Positions 49,856-59,798 are shown, counted from the first letter of the stretch. The stretch is DNA of 64,000 nt from an uncultured Candidatus Saccharibacteria bacterium (GCA_964547425.1 CAZJNH010000002.1:1028-65027), one strand, 5' to 3'. Made by a program: numbers and translations. Notes: generated from the letters alone by a model not told the origin.

Positions 49856-50668
49856 ATGGCAAAAGTCAATTTAGCAAAAAGCAGCAATCTTAATACGATT
49901 TTAAAGTTTGTAGCCTGGATTCTTTTTATTTTTGGCATGGTTGTTATTTTCGGAGTGAGTATTAATCCCGAAACCGCCCCGACCGTACCACCAAGCCCAC
50001 TAGATATTTTCTGGCCAGCGCTATTTATTCTGCTGCCTGTACTGTGGCTAAAAAAACTTAACGGTAATTCAAAAGGTAAGCGCTTCTTATCTTCCGACGG
50101 CGTGATCGTTACCCTCGCGGCGGTGTCGGTGGTATTGTCCGCATGGGGGGCATACCGCGGCGCCCAAAGTTACTTTGTCACCCAAGATGAGCTCATTTCG
50201 CAAAAATTTGCCGCCGTAAATGTTGTGTATCAAAAACGCTTCGACTTAGTTCCAAACGTAGCCGCCAGCGCGAAGGCACTCGCAACCCAAGAAAGAGCCG
50301 TAATAAATAGTATAACCAAAGCCAGATCCTTGTATCTCCGATCCAGAAGCACGAATGCCAAAGTTGGAGCTATTAACGATTTCAATAGAGCCCTTCTTTC
50401 GGTAAACGTGGAAAATTACCCTAACTTAAAAAGCGATGCCGGGTTCTTGAAGTTGATTCAAGTTTTAAGCGATACTGAAAACCAATTGGTGACGGCTCAG
50501 AATGACTATAACCAGCAAGTTACCGCATTGAATAGCCAGTCTAGAACTTTTCCCTACAACTTTCTAGCAAAGCATTTTATAGACCAACCGATCAAAAATC
50601 GTCTTGACCAAACAATCGATTTCCAGACTCAAAATTCTCAAGATCTGTTGAAGATACTTAAAGAATAA
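49856..50668 (+). CDS. LemA family protein with extra N-terminal TMs
   Basis: QKRFDLVPN, ENYPNLKS, L..TEN, YN..V...N....FP. Confidence 0.85.
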   Translation: MAKVNLAKSSNLNTILKFVAWILFIFGMVVIFGVSINPETAPTVPPSPLDIFWPALFILLPVLWLKKLNGNSKGKRFLSSDGVIVTLAAVSVVLSAWGAYRGAQSYFVTQDELISQKFAAVNVVYQKRFDLVPNVAASAKALATQERAVINSITKARSLYLRSRSTNAKVGAINDFNRALLSVNVENYPNLKSDAGFLKLIQVLSDTENQLVTAQNDYNQQVTALNSQSRTFPYNFLAKHFIDQPIKNRLDQTIDFQTQNSQDLLKILKE

Positions 50669-50674
50669 CTGGAA

Positions 50675-51073
50675 TTACTCTTTGCCGGCTAGCATCAAGA
50701 CGATTAGCTTGGTGATACCCCAACCGACGAGGGCGTAGACGATCATACCGATGATCGTAGCCGGTTCGAGTACCGAGGTGGTTTCAACACCTTGCGAGAC
50801 CGTAGTATGAAAAATCCCCAAAAACGGCGCCAAAAGACCGCCGGTAATCGAGTAGATGAAGGACACAAAGCCGCTGTTCGGGTTGGCGCCTAACAGTTTA
50901 AATACCAGCCGAAACGCGAACAGGATTTCCAGGACTCCCAGAATGTAATACACCAGGTAGTAAGCCTGAAAAGTGCCTTTGTTTTCCTGTGATACCGGTG
51001 AACTAGAGGTCTTTTCGGTGACCTTTTCGCCGCCCGGGATCTTCTCTGTTGAAACTTCTTTTTTCTCTTCCAT
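50675..51073 (-). CDS. YggT family membrane protein
   Basis: LEIL..FR...KLLGANP...FV..IY.IT..L..PF.GIF. Confidence 0.8.
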   Translation of the reverse strand: MEEKKEVSTEKIPGGEKVTEKTSSSPVSQENKGTFQAYYLVYYILGVLEILFAFRLVFKLLGANPNSGFVSFIYSITGGLLAPFLGIFHTTVSQGVETTSVLEPATIIGMIVYALVGWGITKLIVLMLAGKE

Positions 51074-51180
51074 TTGGTTTTTCTCCGATCGTTTAATTAT
51101 TACCCCAACATATTAAGACAACTCGCCCCAAAATGCTAATGGTTTACCAGTTGTGTATAATCTGGAAAAGGAGACATTCA

Positions 51181-51510
51181 ATGGAAAAGAAAAGTTTTAG
51201 TAATCCCGATGAGTCGATGAATCCGGCTGAAAAAATTAAGAGCGATAAAGTTACAGTTGATGGTAAAGACTTTTATCGGGTTACCGCAGCGCCCGGCTGG
51301 AAATGGTTCGTTGATCTTAAGCCGGTGATGAAGACAGAGAGCTGTCCGATGGATCACTTGCTGTATATGATTTCCGGCAAAATGGCGGTCAAAATGGACG
51401 ATGGCGAAGAATTAGAGTTTGGTCCTGGCGATTTGGCTCACATTCCTGCCGGCCACGACGGCTGGGATATTGCAAACGAACCCACCGTCTGGCTGGAGAT
51501 TCCGCATTAA
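51181..51510 (+). CDS. cupin domain protein
   Basis: PGWKW, C..DH..Y..SG, IP.GHD.W; start MEKKS after AGGAG. Confidence 0.82.
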   Translation: MEKKSFSNPDESMNPAEKIKSDKVTVDGKDFYRVTAAPGWKWFVDLKPVMKTESCPMDHLLYMISGKMAVKMDDGEELEFGPGDLAHIPAGHDGWDIANEPTVWLEIPH

Positions 51511-52229
51511 TGAGCGAGAAGCAGTGGGATTTTGAGGGGTTGCGAGCCTTATTTATCAACGGGACGCTTAAAAAGTCGCCGGAGGTCTCTAATACCGAAG
51601 GGCTGATCAAGATTAGCCGCGGGATTATGGAAAAGCACGGGGTCAAAACCGAGCTGATCCGGACAATCGACCATGATATTGCCACCGGTGTTTACCCGGA
51701 TATGACGAAACAGGGATGGAAAACCGATGAGTGGCCCCAGATTTATAAAAATAAAGTTATGCCGGCCGACATTTTGGTGCTTTGCGGGCCGATCTGGCTG
51801 GGCGACAACAGTTCACAAACCAAGAAAATTATTGAGCGGTTGTACGCTTGCTCGAGCGAGCTAAACGACCAAGGCCAGTACGCGTTTTATGGCAAGGTTG
51901 GCGGCAGTATTATTACTGGCAACGAAGATGGCATTAAACATTGCACCATGAACACGCTTTATAGTTTGCAGCACATCGGCTACGTCATTCCGCCGCAAGC
52001 AGACGCTGGTTGGGTGGGGGAGGCCGGGCCCGGCCCATCGTATTTGGACAAAGGCTCGGGCGGGCCGGAAAACGACTTTACCAACCGCAACACCACCTTT
52101 ATGACCTGGAATTTGATGCATATGGCCAAACTACTTAAAGACAACGGTGGTATCCCAGCCTACGGCAATCAACGCAGCAAATGGGACGCCGGTGCCCGCT
52201 TCGATTTTGAAAACCCCGAGTACCGATGA
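51510..52229 (+). CDS. flavodoxin/NADPH-dependent FMN reductase family protein
   Basis: NGTLK..P..SNT, ADILV..PIW.G, ITGNEDG. Confidence 0.85.
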   Translation: MSEKQWDFEGLRALFINGTLKKSPEVSNTEGLIKISRGIMEKHGVKTELIRTIDHDIATGVYPDMTKQGWKTDEWPQIYKNKVMPADILVLCGPIWLGDNSSQTKKIIERLYACSSELNDQGQYAFYGKVGGSIITGNEDGIKHCTMNTLYSLQHIGYVIPPQADAGWVGEAGPGPSYLDKGSGGPENDFTNRNTTFMTWNLMHMAKLLKDNGGIPAYGNQRSKWDAGARFDFENPEYR

Positions 52230-52256
52230 CCCGACTGAACTGATACAATCCAGCGT

Positions 52257-53447
52257 ATGCAAATCAAGGCCCGCTATCACGAATTGAGGGTTTTTCTGGC
52301 GCTGAGACCCTTTAATTACTTGGTCGGCAAGGCGCTCAAAATTTTCCCCAAAGCTGCTTACCTACCCGGCGTTGGGTATTGCGTCAATGATCCTGTTCTG
52401 GCCCGGACGATCCTTCAGGACAAGGAGCACTTTAGCTTCAACGATTCTGGCGCCCTGGGAACTTTGATATCTGAGTTATGGGGGACGACGCCAACGATAT
52501 TGAGCATGGAAGGAGAAGAGCACCATCGAGTCAAGTTTTCGCTACTCAAAATGTACGCCAACGACAATCTCTCTAATCTAATTGGCGACCAGCTGGATGG
52601 CTTTGTAGCCGAGCTAAAAAACCAGCTTGATGATACCGACGGAGCCGATCTGGCTAGACTGACGAGAATTTATACCAATAGAATCACAACCAAACTTCTG
52701 ACCGGTAAAGTAGCCCCGACCGACGAAGAACTATTAGAAATAAGCGACTTAGTTACCGAAACTATGGGTTGCGTGGATGTGGCTTACAAAACCTTCACCG
52801 CCGCCAACCGAGCAAAGGCGGTTCGGAATGTAGCGAAATTCAAGCAGATCGCGAAATCCTACGTTGCCAATACAGATCCGAAAGCCGAATGTATTATCAA
52901 CCACCTCAAAGAACTGGGATACGAAGAGGAAAACTGCTATGGGTTTATTTCAATGTTCTTGGTAGCCGGCACCGTTACGGTTTCTGCCGGATTACCCAGG
53001 ATCGCGGCAATGTTAATCGAGACGAATCAAATGCATAAACTTAAGTCTCCCGAAGTAGTTATCGAGGCGATAGACGAGGGGCTAAGGTATGTTACCCCTG
53101 GGCCGGTATTTCTGCACGGGGTAAAGAAAACCACGGCCATTGATGGTTTCGAATTTAAATCAGGCCGCCGAGTACTAATACTTCTGCATAACATCATGCA
53201 TCGCAATAAGTTCAATAAGGATTCAGGGCGTTTTGATATCGAACGTAAGCACAACGAGATTACCTACGGCCTATGGTTCGGGACAGGAATGCATTTTTGC
53301 ATGGGCTCGGTTATTGCTAAAGCCGAAATGGAGGCAATTCTCAGCTCTTTAGCGGCAGAGAAAGGGCAACTGAAGATTGTTCATCGGAAATACCAGCACC
53401 TAGGAATTAACCCGGGCTACACCAGTTTGGTGATCGCTCGGGGCTGA
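52257..53447 (+). CDS. cytochrome P450
   Basis: I-helix AGTVT, ExxR (EGLR), F...R, heme motif FGTGMHFCMG. Confidence 0.92.
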   Translation: MQIKARYHELRVFLALRPFNYLVGKALKIFPKAAYLPGVGYCVNDPVLARTILQDKEHFSFNDSGALGTLISELWGTTPTILSMEGEEHHRVKFSLLKMYANDNLSNLIGDQLDGFVAELKNQLDDTDGADLARLTRIYTNRITTKLLTGKVAPTDEELLEISDLVTETMGCVDVAYKTFTAANRAKAVRNVAKFKQIAKSYVANTDPKAECIINHLKELGYEEENCYGFISMFLVAGTVTVSAGLPRIAAMLIETNQMHKLKSPEVVIEAIDEGLRYVTPGPVFLHGVKKTTAIDGFEFKSGRRVLILLHNIMHRNKFNKDSGRFDIERKHNEITYGLWFGTGMHFCMGSVIAKAEMEAILSSLAAEKGQLKIVHRKYQHLGINPGYTSLVIARG

Positions 53448-54065
53448 TTTATGTTCATACGCCATAAAGGCCAGTGAGATCACCCATATCTCGAACGCAG
53501 CCAGCGAAATCCGTTGCAACAGACCGATAAAATGATTTCCGTGAAAACTAATATAGGCAATGGCTGCACTGACAACTACCTGCAATATAAAATGTGATAG
53601 ATGCCATTTGCGCCGGAGACCAGTAGCTGGCATTTTAAACGCTAGTAGCTGAGCCAAAATTAATCCCCCAAAAGTAATTAGACTAGTAACTTGGTGTACG
53701 TATTGGTTGAATCCGAAATTATAGCTATCCAGACTGGCAAGGCAACTTCGCGATAGATAAGGAGAACAGATCATTGGAAAAAACGCGTTTACGGCGGCCG
53801 AGGCGGTACAAACCGCGAGCACTATATGAATGCGTTTTAGTCTTGTTTTCTTCACCTGTAGCCAACAGTAGGCTAGTAGACAAAGCGATCCGAGCAGTTG
53901 CGTTACCCTAAAAAACCAAGCATAAGGTTGTCCGGATACACTCAGCTCACTCACGTAACTATGGGCAATGGATAGCTTGGGGTTGAGGTAAGCGCTAATT
54001 ATCCAGACGCTGTAAAATGCTATGCCTATACCGGCTAACAGTCTAGAAGCCGTTTTTTGGTTCAT
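53400..54065 (-). CDS. DUF998-like membrane protein
   Basis: YVSELS..GQP, H..TS, GL.QR; likely start MNQKT at 54065. Confidence 0.75.
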   Translation of the reverse strand: MNQKTASRLLAGIGIAFYSVWIISAYLNPKLSIAHSYVSELSVSGQPYAWFFRVTQLLGSLCLLAYCWLQVKKTRLKRIHIVLAVCTASAAVNAFFPMICSPYLSRSCLASLDSYNFGFNQYVHQVTSLITFGGLILAQLLAFKMPATGLRRKWHLSHFILQVVVSAAIAYISFHGNHFIGLLQRISLAAFEIWVISLAFMAYEHKSAPSDHQTGVARVNS

Positions 54066-54102
54066 CAGTCCAGTATAGATGACTCCGCTATAATGGGTCG
54101 CA

Positions 54103-55098
54103 ATGAGCGAAGCGATTGCAGCGAGAGATGCTATGGATCTGCAGAAAATCCTCACCCACACGGGCGGGTCAACTGAGGACTGGTTTAAGTTTTGGCCGAC
54201 CGGAAAGCTAACCTATTTCAACCAAGACCGTAGTGCCGCCGCCGTATACAAGGTTAAATTTGGGGTTGCAGTTACCGCGGGTGATATCGCTTGTCCGGCC
54301 AACCAGCGAGAAGATTTCCTACGGCGCTACTTTGCTCATTGCCGTAGCAATGGATGGGAACTGGCGTTCCTTAATTCCGAAGCCGAATTCAAAGCACTTT
54401 ACGAGCAGCTTGGGCTGAATGTTTGTTTAATTGGGCACAACGCGATCATTGATGTCAGGAACTTTCTAGACTCAACACAGCATACCGGCCACTTCAAGAC
54501 AATTAGGAATCGAGCTAACAGAAAGCATTGGAGATTTACCCCGTCTCAACCCCCTCATGACCCAGCGTTACTAGAGGAGTTGACGACTCTCGCTAAGAGT
54601 TGGGCTAAAGTACACTGCCATAAAGAAAGGGGATTCCTGAATTCCCCATACTCGGAGGAATACATCCGCCATTCGAAGGTTTTTTGCGTCAGAGACGAGG
54701 AAGGTAAGCTCGGTGCATTCCTAAATGAAATACCTTCATACCGGGATAACGTTGCTACTTTCGATTTAATGCGGCGCGCGCCGTCGGCCCCAAACGGTGT
54801 GATGGACTTTCTAATAATGCGCTATATCGCGGAAGTCCGTGCTAGAGGTTTCGACCAACTCAGTTTAGGATTTAGCCCATTAAACCCAAAGCAGCTTGAG
54901 CTGACCGGTCTACTGGGCGAGGTTACAAAGAAGATAATCAATCTAAAATCCGTCACGCCTTTTGGATCAGGCCTAAGCGCGTATAAGGCCAAGTTCGAGC
55001 CAAACATGGAGCCTCGTTACATTGCATACTCCCGAGGCCGCTGGCCCCAACTCAAGACCCTGCTCGCGGTTCGTGGGGTCATGGGGGACATATCTTAG
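54103..55098 (+). CDS. DUF2156 / MprF C-terminal-like aminoacyl-tRNA-dependent transferase (stand-alone)
   Basis: G..V.AGD, IG..A, ERGF, DLMRR...APNGVMDFL, SLGFSPL, GL..YKAKF.P..EPRY. Confidence 0.88.
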   Translation: MSEAIAARDAMDLQKILTHTGGSTEDWFKFWPTGKLTYFNQDRSAAAVYKVKFGVAVTAGDIACPANQREDFLRRYFAHCRSNGWELAFLNSEAEFKALYEQLGLNVCLIGHNAIIDVRNFLDSTQHTGHFKTIRNRANRKHWRFTPSQPPHDPALLEELTTLAKSWAKVHCHKERGFLNSPYSEEYIRHSKVFCVRDEEGKLGAFLNEIPSYRDNVATFDLMRRAPSAPNGVMDFLIMRYIAEVRARGFDQLSLGFSPLNPKQLELTGLLGEVTKKIINLKSVTPFGSGLSAYKAKFEPNMEPRYIAYSRGRWPQLKTLLAVRGVMGDIS

Positions 55099-55259
55099 AA
55101 AAAATTCGCTCGCACCTTAATAACCCCGGTTTATTTCTTCGGAAGGTTCTACTGCTCGCGGCAGCTACCTTTGTTCTTGGTCCACTAGTCTATTTCAAGC
55201 AGTACTTCTCCGTTGTCGTTTATGTCTCCTTTTTATTAATCCTCCATATCGCGTTTTTA

Positions 55260-55466
55260 GTGGTTTATATATACAGAGTGAGTTGGCGGCATTTGATGAG
55301 AGACAAAAAAATCTTCGTTGCGAGAGTGATGGCTGTGCTTTTTTTTGGGTACCTGTTAGCGGCGCTGAAGTATCGAAGTAATTTTGTATTGTTTACGGGT
55401 TCATTGCTTGCGGCGATTATCCTTCATACCGGAATTATCCTCGCGCTACACCTGGAGAAGAAATGA
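55260..55466 (+). CDS. small membrane protein (frame open upstream to about 55090; true start probably earlier)
   Basis: hydrophobic helices continue in-frame upstream of annotated GTG. Confidence 0.5.
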   Translation: MVYIYRVSWRHLMRDKKIFVARVMAVLFFGYLLAALKYRSNFVLFTGSLLAAIILHTGIILALHLEKK

Positions 55467-55813
55467 GGGCAGAACAGTTGTACGAATTGACGCTCAAATT
55501 GAAAGCCAAATATCCGGTAAGCACCGTGTTAGCAAAGGAGTTTGGATTGGAGCCGGGTGACGAGGCGGTTCTTGAGGTTGTTGATCTTCAGGATGAAAAG
55601 CACGGCCGTGTCAAAATCAATCTGGCGACCGAGTTCGCGCTCAAAGCCAACCCGCCTTTCGAGTGGAAGCTCGAGATCGACGACTTTCAGGGTGAACACT
55701 ATCTATGGTTGTCAGACGGCCGTTTCGTCCGCGCCGACCGCAAAACCTTCTTCGATGTTTCAAGTGATGAAATCACCAGGATCTCCAATCGCCTTATTTC
55801 CTTCGAGAAATAA
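55463..55813 (+). CDS. hypothetical protein
   Basis: ATGA overlap, SD GGAG, no recognised motif. Confidence 0.6.
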   Translation: MRAEQLYELTLKLKAKYPVSTVLAKEFGLEPGDEAVLEVVDLQDEKHGRVKINLATEFALKANPPFEWKLEIDDFQGEHYLWLSDGRFVRADRKTFFDVSSDEITRISNRLISFEK

Positions 55814-55818
55814 GCAAA

Positions 55819-55876
55819 CTTGTATTTCTCTAACCTGAAAAGGGTTACACCCTTAACAGATTGGGAAATTACAAGG
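55819..55876. repeat. REP/REPIN-like hairpin, RAYT-2 family copy D
   Basis: cttgtatttctctaacctgaaaagggttacacccttaacagattgggaaattacaagg. Confidence 0.85.
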
Positions 55877-56001
55877 TTTGGCTTGTCTGTTGCGAAGAGA
55901 TAAAAGTTATGTTATAGTTGGTTCAACTTACTGATGAATACGAGTCTGGTTGTCAATTATTCTCGCGGTTCATCCTAAGAGAATAATTAAACAAGGTATT
56001 C

Positions 56002-57207
56002 ATGAGAAACAATTCATTTTCACGCCCGCGCGGCGGCCGACCGGTCTTCCGCAACTCTACTTCTTCGCGCTATGCCAAGCCTAACCGCAATGGCCAATAC
56101 ATTAACCCCGACCGCTTTATCAACAAAGCCCAGGTTTCAGCCGCAGTGGCCGACTTTGTGCCGCGCCACCGCTTTGCTGATTTTAGCTTTACCGAAGCCT
56201 TAAAACACAACATTACGTCCAAGGGTTACGAAATTCCGACGCCCATCCAAGACGGCGCCATCCCGCCGGTTCTGGCCGGCAAAGACTTAGTTGGCCTGGC
56301 CAACACCGGCACCGGCAAAACCGCCGCCTTTATATTGCCGATCATTAACTATTTACAGGTGCGCCAAGGCCGCGGCACGGCTCTGGTTATCGTCCCCACC
56401 CGCGAATTGGCTACGCAGATTGACGACGAGTTCCGCGCTTTTGCCCGAGGACTCAATCTCTACTCGGCCGTTTGTGTTGGCGGCGCCAGCCTTAATAACC
56501 AGATCAGAGCCTTGAGCCGTAATCCGCAGGTGATTATCGGAACTCCCGGCCGGCTTAAAGACCTGACCCAGCAGGGTAAATTGAAGCTTCATGCTGTCAA
56601 CATTCTGGTGCTCGACGAAGCCGACCGCATGTTTGACATGGGCTTCATCCGCGACATTCGCTTTCTCGTTGACCAACTATCCAAAGAGCGCCAGTCTTTG
56701 TGTTTTTCCGCCACTATGCCCAACGAAATCAAGAATTTAGTCCACAGCGTTTTGGTCGACCCGGTGACGGTCTCGGTCAAAACCGCCGAAACTAGTGAGC
56801 AGGTGGAGCAGGACGTTATTAAAGCCGTTGGCAAAGAGCAAAAAATCGAGATCCTCACCAACTTGCTTCGCCAGCCCGACTTCAATAAAGTCATGGTTTT
56901 TGGCCAAACCAAGTGGGGAGTGCAGAAACTAGCCGACCAACTAGTCAAAAGCGGCATCAAAGCCGAAGCCATTCACGGTAATAAATCCCAGCCGCAGCGC
57001 CAACGCGCGCTAAAGGCCTTCAAAGCCGGGCAGGTTGACGTGTTGGTCGCGACCGACGTGGCCGCGCGAGGCCTCGACATACCCGACGTCTCACACGTCA
57101 TTAACTTCGACCAGCCCAACACCTACGACGACTACATTCACCGCATTGGCCGCACCGGCCGGGCCGGAAAAGTCGGCAAAGCGCTGACCTTCGTTTCGGC
57201 GCGCTAA
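56002..57207 (+). CDS. DEAD-box RNA helicase (RhlE-like)
   Basis: PTPIQ, TGTGKT, PTRELA, TPGR, DEAD, SAT, ARGLD, HRIGRTGRAG. Confidence 0.96.
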   Translation: MRNNSFSRPRGGRPVFRNSTSSRYAKPNRNGQYINPDRFINKAQVSAAVADFVPRHRFADFSFTEALKHNITSKGYEIPTPIQDGAIPPVLAGKDLVGLANTGTGKTAAFILPIINYLQVRQGRGTALVIVPTRELATQIDDEFRAFARGLNLYSAVCVGGASLNNQIRALSRNPQVIIGTPGRLKDLTQQGKLKLHAVNILVLDEADRMFDMGFIRDIRFLVDQLSKERQSLCFSATMPNEIKNLVHSVLVDPVTVSVKTAETSEQVEQDVIKAVGKEQKIEILTNLLRQPDFNKVMVFGQTKWGVQKLADQLVKSGIKAEAIHGNKSQPQRQRALKAFKAGQVDVLVATDVAARGLDIPDVSHVINFDQPNTYDDYIHRIGRTGRAGKVGKALTFVSAR

Positions 57208-57208
57208 A

Positions 57209-57643
57209 TTATTTTTTAGTCTCGGGCTGGCCGAGAGCGACAGCTTTTAAAATTTCCGGTAGGTCGCTGGCCGAGATTTCAGCTTTGATGATATAGCGGT
57301 CGACACCGTACTCTTTGGCGGTAGCGGCCATTTTGGGATCGGCGACGTTAGTGATAATGATAATTTTTGGCTGGGGCGTTATGGCCTGGTATTTCGGATT
57401 GGTCCGCAGATTTTTTAGCACTTCAATTCCGGGCATCCCGGGAATCATCAGATCAAGCAGGACAAACTCCGGCTTGCTGTCTTCAATGTGGGCCAAGGCG
57501 TCTTTGCCGTTAATTACATTGGTAACATCGAAACCGCCGCTTTTTAGGATAGTCGAGTAAATTTCCTGAATATTCGGATCGTCCTCTACGAGCAGTACAA
57601 CTTTGGGAGCTTCAGCCAACTCAATTTCCTTATTAACAACCAT
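57209..57643 (-). CDS. single-domain response regulator
   Basis: LLVEDD, LLDL(M)IP...G.EVL, ITN, K. Confidence 0.9.
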   Translation of the reverse strand: MVVNKEIELAEAPKVVLLVEDDPNIQEIYSTILKSGGFDVTNVINGKDALAHIEDSKPEFVLLDLMIPGMPGIEVLKNLRTNPKYQAITPQPKIIIITNVADPKMAATAKEYGVDRYIIKAEISASDLPEILKAVALGQPETKK

Positions 57644-57660
57644 TATTGTAACTTATAGCT

Positions 57661-58233
57661 ATGCGAAAAATAAATCTGGCGGTTTTGGTGTCGGGAACCG
57701 GCTCCTTGCTGGAGGCGATGATCGAGGATGGACTCGAGATTGCTCTAGTTGCCGCCGACCGGGAGTGTAAAGGGTTGGAAATTGCCAAAAAAGCCGGTAT
57801 TCCTGCCGAATTGGTGCTACGCACGAGTTTCAAAAAAGACTTCGACCGCGAAGCCTATACTCGGCAGATGGTTGAGGTGCTCCAAAAATACGACATCGGC
57901 CTGGTCGCCATGGCTGGGTTTATGACGGTGTTTGCGCAACCGATGTTCGACGCTTTCCCGCATCGGGTACTTAACTCACACCCAGCTCTTTTGCCGAACT
58001 ACAAAGGGGCGCACGCGGTGCGCGACGCGCTGGCGGATGGGGCAAAGGTGACCGGAACGACGATTCATATTGCCAGCCTCGAGGTCGACCACGGCCGGAT
58101 CTTGGCTAAGAAAGAGGTCGAAATTCGTCCGGACGACACCGAGGAAACCCTGCACGAGAGGATCAAGATCGAGGAGCGCAAGCTTTATCCGCAGGCTATC
58201 CGCAAAATTATGGACGAGCTAGGGGCGAAGTAA
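57661..58233 (+). CDS. purN: phosphoribosylglycinamide formyltransferase
   Basis: VLVSGTGS, AGFM, LNSHPALLP.YKG, GTTIH, VDHG. Confidence 0.92.
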   Translation: MRKINLAVLVSGTGSLLEAMIEDGLEIALVAADRECKGLEIAKKAGIPAELVLRTSFKKDFDREAYTRQMVEVLQKYDIGLVAMAGFMTVFAQPMFDAFPHRVLNSHPALLPNYKGAHAVRDALADGAKVTGTTIHIASLEVDHGRILAKKEVEIRPDDTEETLHERIKIEERKLYPQAIRKIMDELGAK

Positions 58234-58343
58234 GCCCCTGGCTCGTTTACCCCAAACAGCTTAAGTTTGTTTGACTTAGTGGCCTACCAGATATTATGCT
58301 GGTGTTATAATCTGTAAACTAAATAGGAAAGGAACTTGTCTTA

Positions 58344-58559
58344 ATGCAACCAGACGAAAACAACACTCAAGTGCCCGGTACCGACCCTAACGCCACCCCG
58401 GCCGCTCCGGCCACCGATGGTGGAATGGGTGCTCCTGCTCTTGCCCCGGAAGCCCCTGCTGACGGTGGAATGGGCGCACCGGCTCCGGCCGATGGTGGAA
58501 TGGGCGCTCCTGCCCCGGCCCCAGAGGGAACCCCTCCGGCCGACGACCACCAAGTCTAA
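58344..58559 (+). CDS. small acidic low-complexity protein with DGGMGAPA repeats
   Basis: SD AAGGA; three DGGMGAPA units; terminator follows. Confidence 0.6.
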   Translation: MQPDENNTQVPGTDPNATPAAPATDGGMGAPALAPEAPADGGMGAPAPADGGMGAPAPAPEGTPPADDHQV

Positions 58560-58574
58560 TTTGTAGACAAAACG

Positions 58575-58609
58575 AAAAAGCCCCCGGAATTAATCTTCCA
58601 GGGGCTTTT
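58575..58609. terminator. bidirectional intrinsic terminator
   Basis: aaaaagcccc.gg..cc.ggggctttt between convergent genes. Confidence 0.7.
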
Positions 58610-58625
58610 CGATTTCGAGTTTCAC

Positions 58626-59798
58626 TTACTGAGCCGTCAGGCGGTGCAGCCTCGGCGGCAGCCAAATTGGCTCCAACCTGTCCCGCATAACGGCTTGTAC
58701 TGCTTCGGCGGCTTTCCTCGCGTTGGACTTCTTTTTGTCCTTGTTCATCACCAGAAATGCCTTGCCGAGTTCTTTCAAATGTGGGCTCATCTTCCGGTTG
58801 AGCTCCCGGTACAAAGGGAGCTCAAGCCCGTTGACGTTGCGGACCACATCGGTGATACCGGTCTGGTACTTCTGGTAAAGCTCCGGCTCGCGCTTCAGCA
58901 GGCTCATGCAATCATCGAGCCAGTGATAGAGCTTCTCCGCCGTTAAAGCTTTCAGCGCAGCCAGGTATACCGCCTCCGACTCCGGATTTTCACGCAAAAG
59001 ACTGCGAATCCAGTTGGCAGCGTGCCATTCCGGCTTCACCATCAGTTCCAAATCGCGGTAGATACCCCTGGAACGCTCCGTCGTAGGCGGTTGCAGCAAC
59101 CGAGTTTCGATGTGGGCCAGGACATGTTCCAACTTCCCGTTGAACTCGCGGAACGCGACCTGGTTCTTCCGGTTGGCCGACTTGGTCTTTTCATTGACCT
59201 GTTGCTGCCGGCCAATCCGCTGTTCGGCTGCCCTAAGGCTGACTCCGGACGCCTGGGGATTGACCCGTCCGGTCACATCCTTAAAGTCCCGATGGGCATT
59301 AACCCGGTCGCCGGCGTCTAGAAGCCAGGGACTGTCAGCGTCTCCCAGTACCTCACCTACTTGACCGAGCCAGTACTGATCGTATTCGATCTCAGCCGCA
59401 TCGAGATTCCTCCAATTAGCGGAATCCTCGACTCCCTTGTCGATTACGGCCAGCATGTCATCGAGGCGCTGCTCGCTGGCCGCCCGACTATCTGGTAAGT
59501 GGTCGAACAGGAAGCGCCGCAGCGTGTGTCTGGTGTACGTTGCCCTTTCGTAATGGCGCGGCACCTCGTCGTTCGGCCCCAATGGCTTCGCCGCGCGACC
59601 TCTCTGGTTGTGATTACGCGGCGTTTTGATCTCGCCGACTGCCGTGATATTGACCGCTATCGACACGTCGTAAATGACGTACCAATTCAGGCCGGCTGGG
59701 GTGACCTTGACCATCCGCCACCTGAGTTCTGGATCGTACTCAGGCAAAAACCCCATCTTGCCGGCAAAACGGCCGGCTTTGACCGGTTGACTTAGCAT
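58626..59798 (-). CDS. orphan helical hypothetical protein
   Basis: 390-aa ORF with GAGGTG SD; no recognised motif. Confidence 0.65.
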   Translation of the reverse strand: MLSQPVKAGRFAGKMGFLPEYDPELRWRMVKVTPAGLNWYVIYDVSIAVNITAVGEIKTPRNHNQRGRAAKPLGPNDEVPRHYERATYTRHTLRRFLFDHLPDSRAASEQRLDDMLAVIDKGVEDSANWRNLDAAEIEYDQYWLGQVGEVLGDADSPWLLDAGDRVNAHRDFKDVTGRVNPQASGVSLRAAEQRIGRQQQVNEKTKSANRKNQVAFREFNGKLEHVLAHIETRLLQPPTTERSRGIYRDLELMVKPEWHAANWIRSLLRENPESEAVYLAALKALTAEKLYHWLDDCMSLLKREPELYQKYQTGITDVVRNVNGLELPLYRELNRKMSPHLKELGKAFLVMNKDKKKSNARKAAEAVQAVMRDRLEPIWLPPRLHRLTAQ

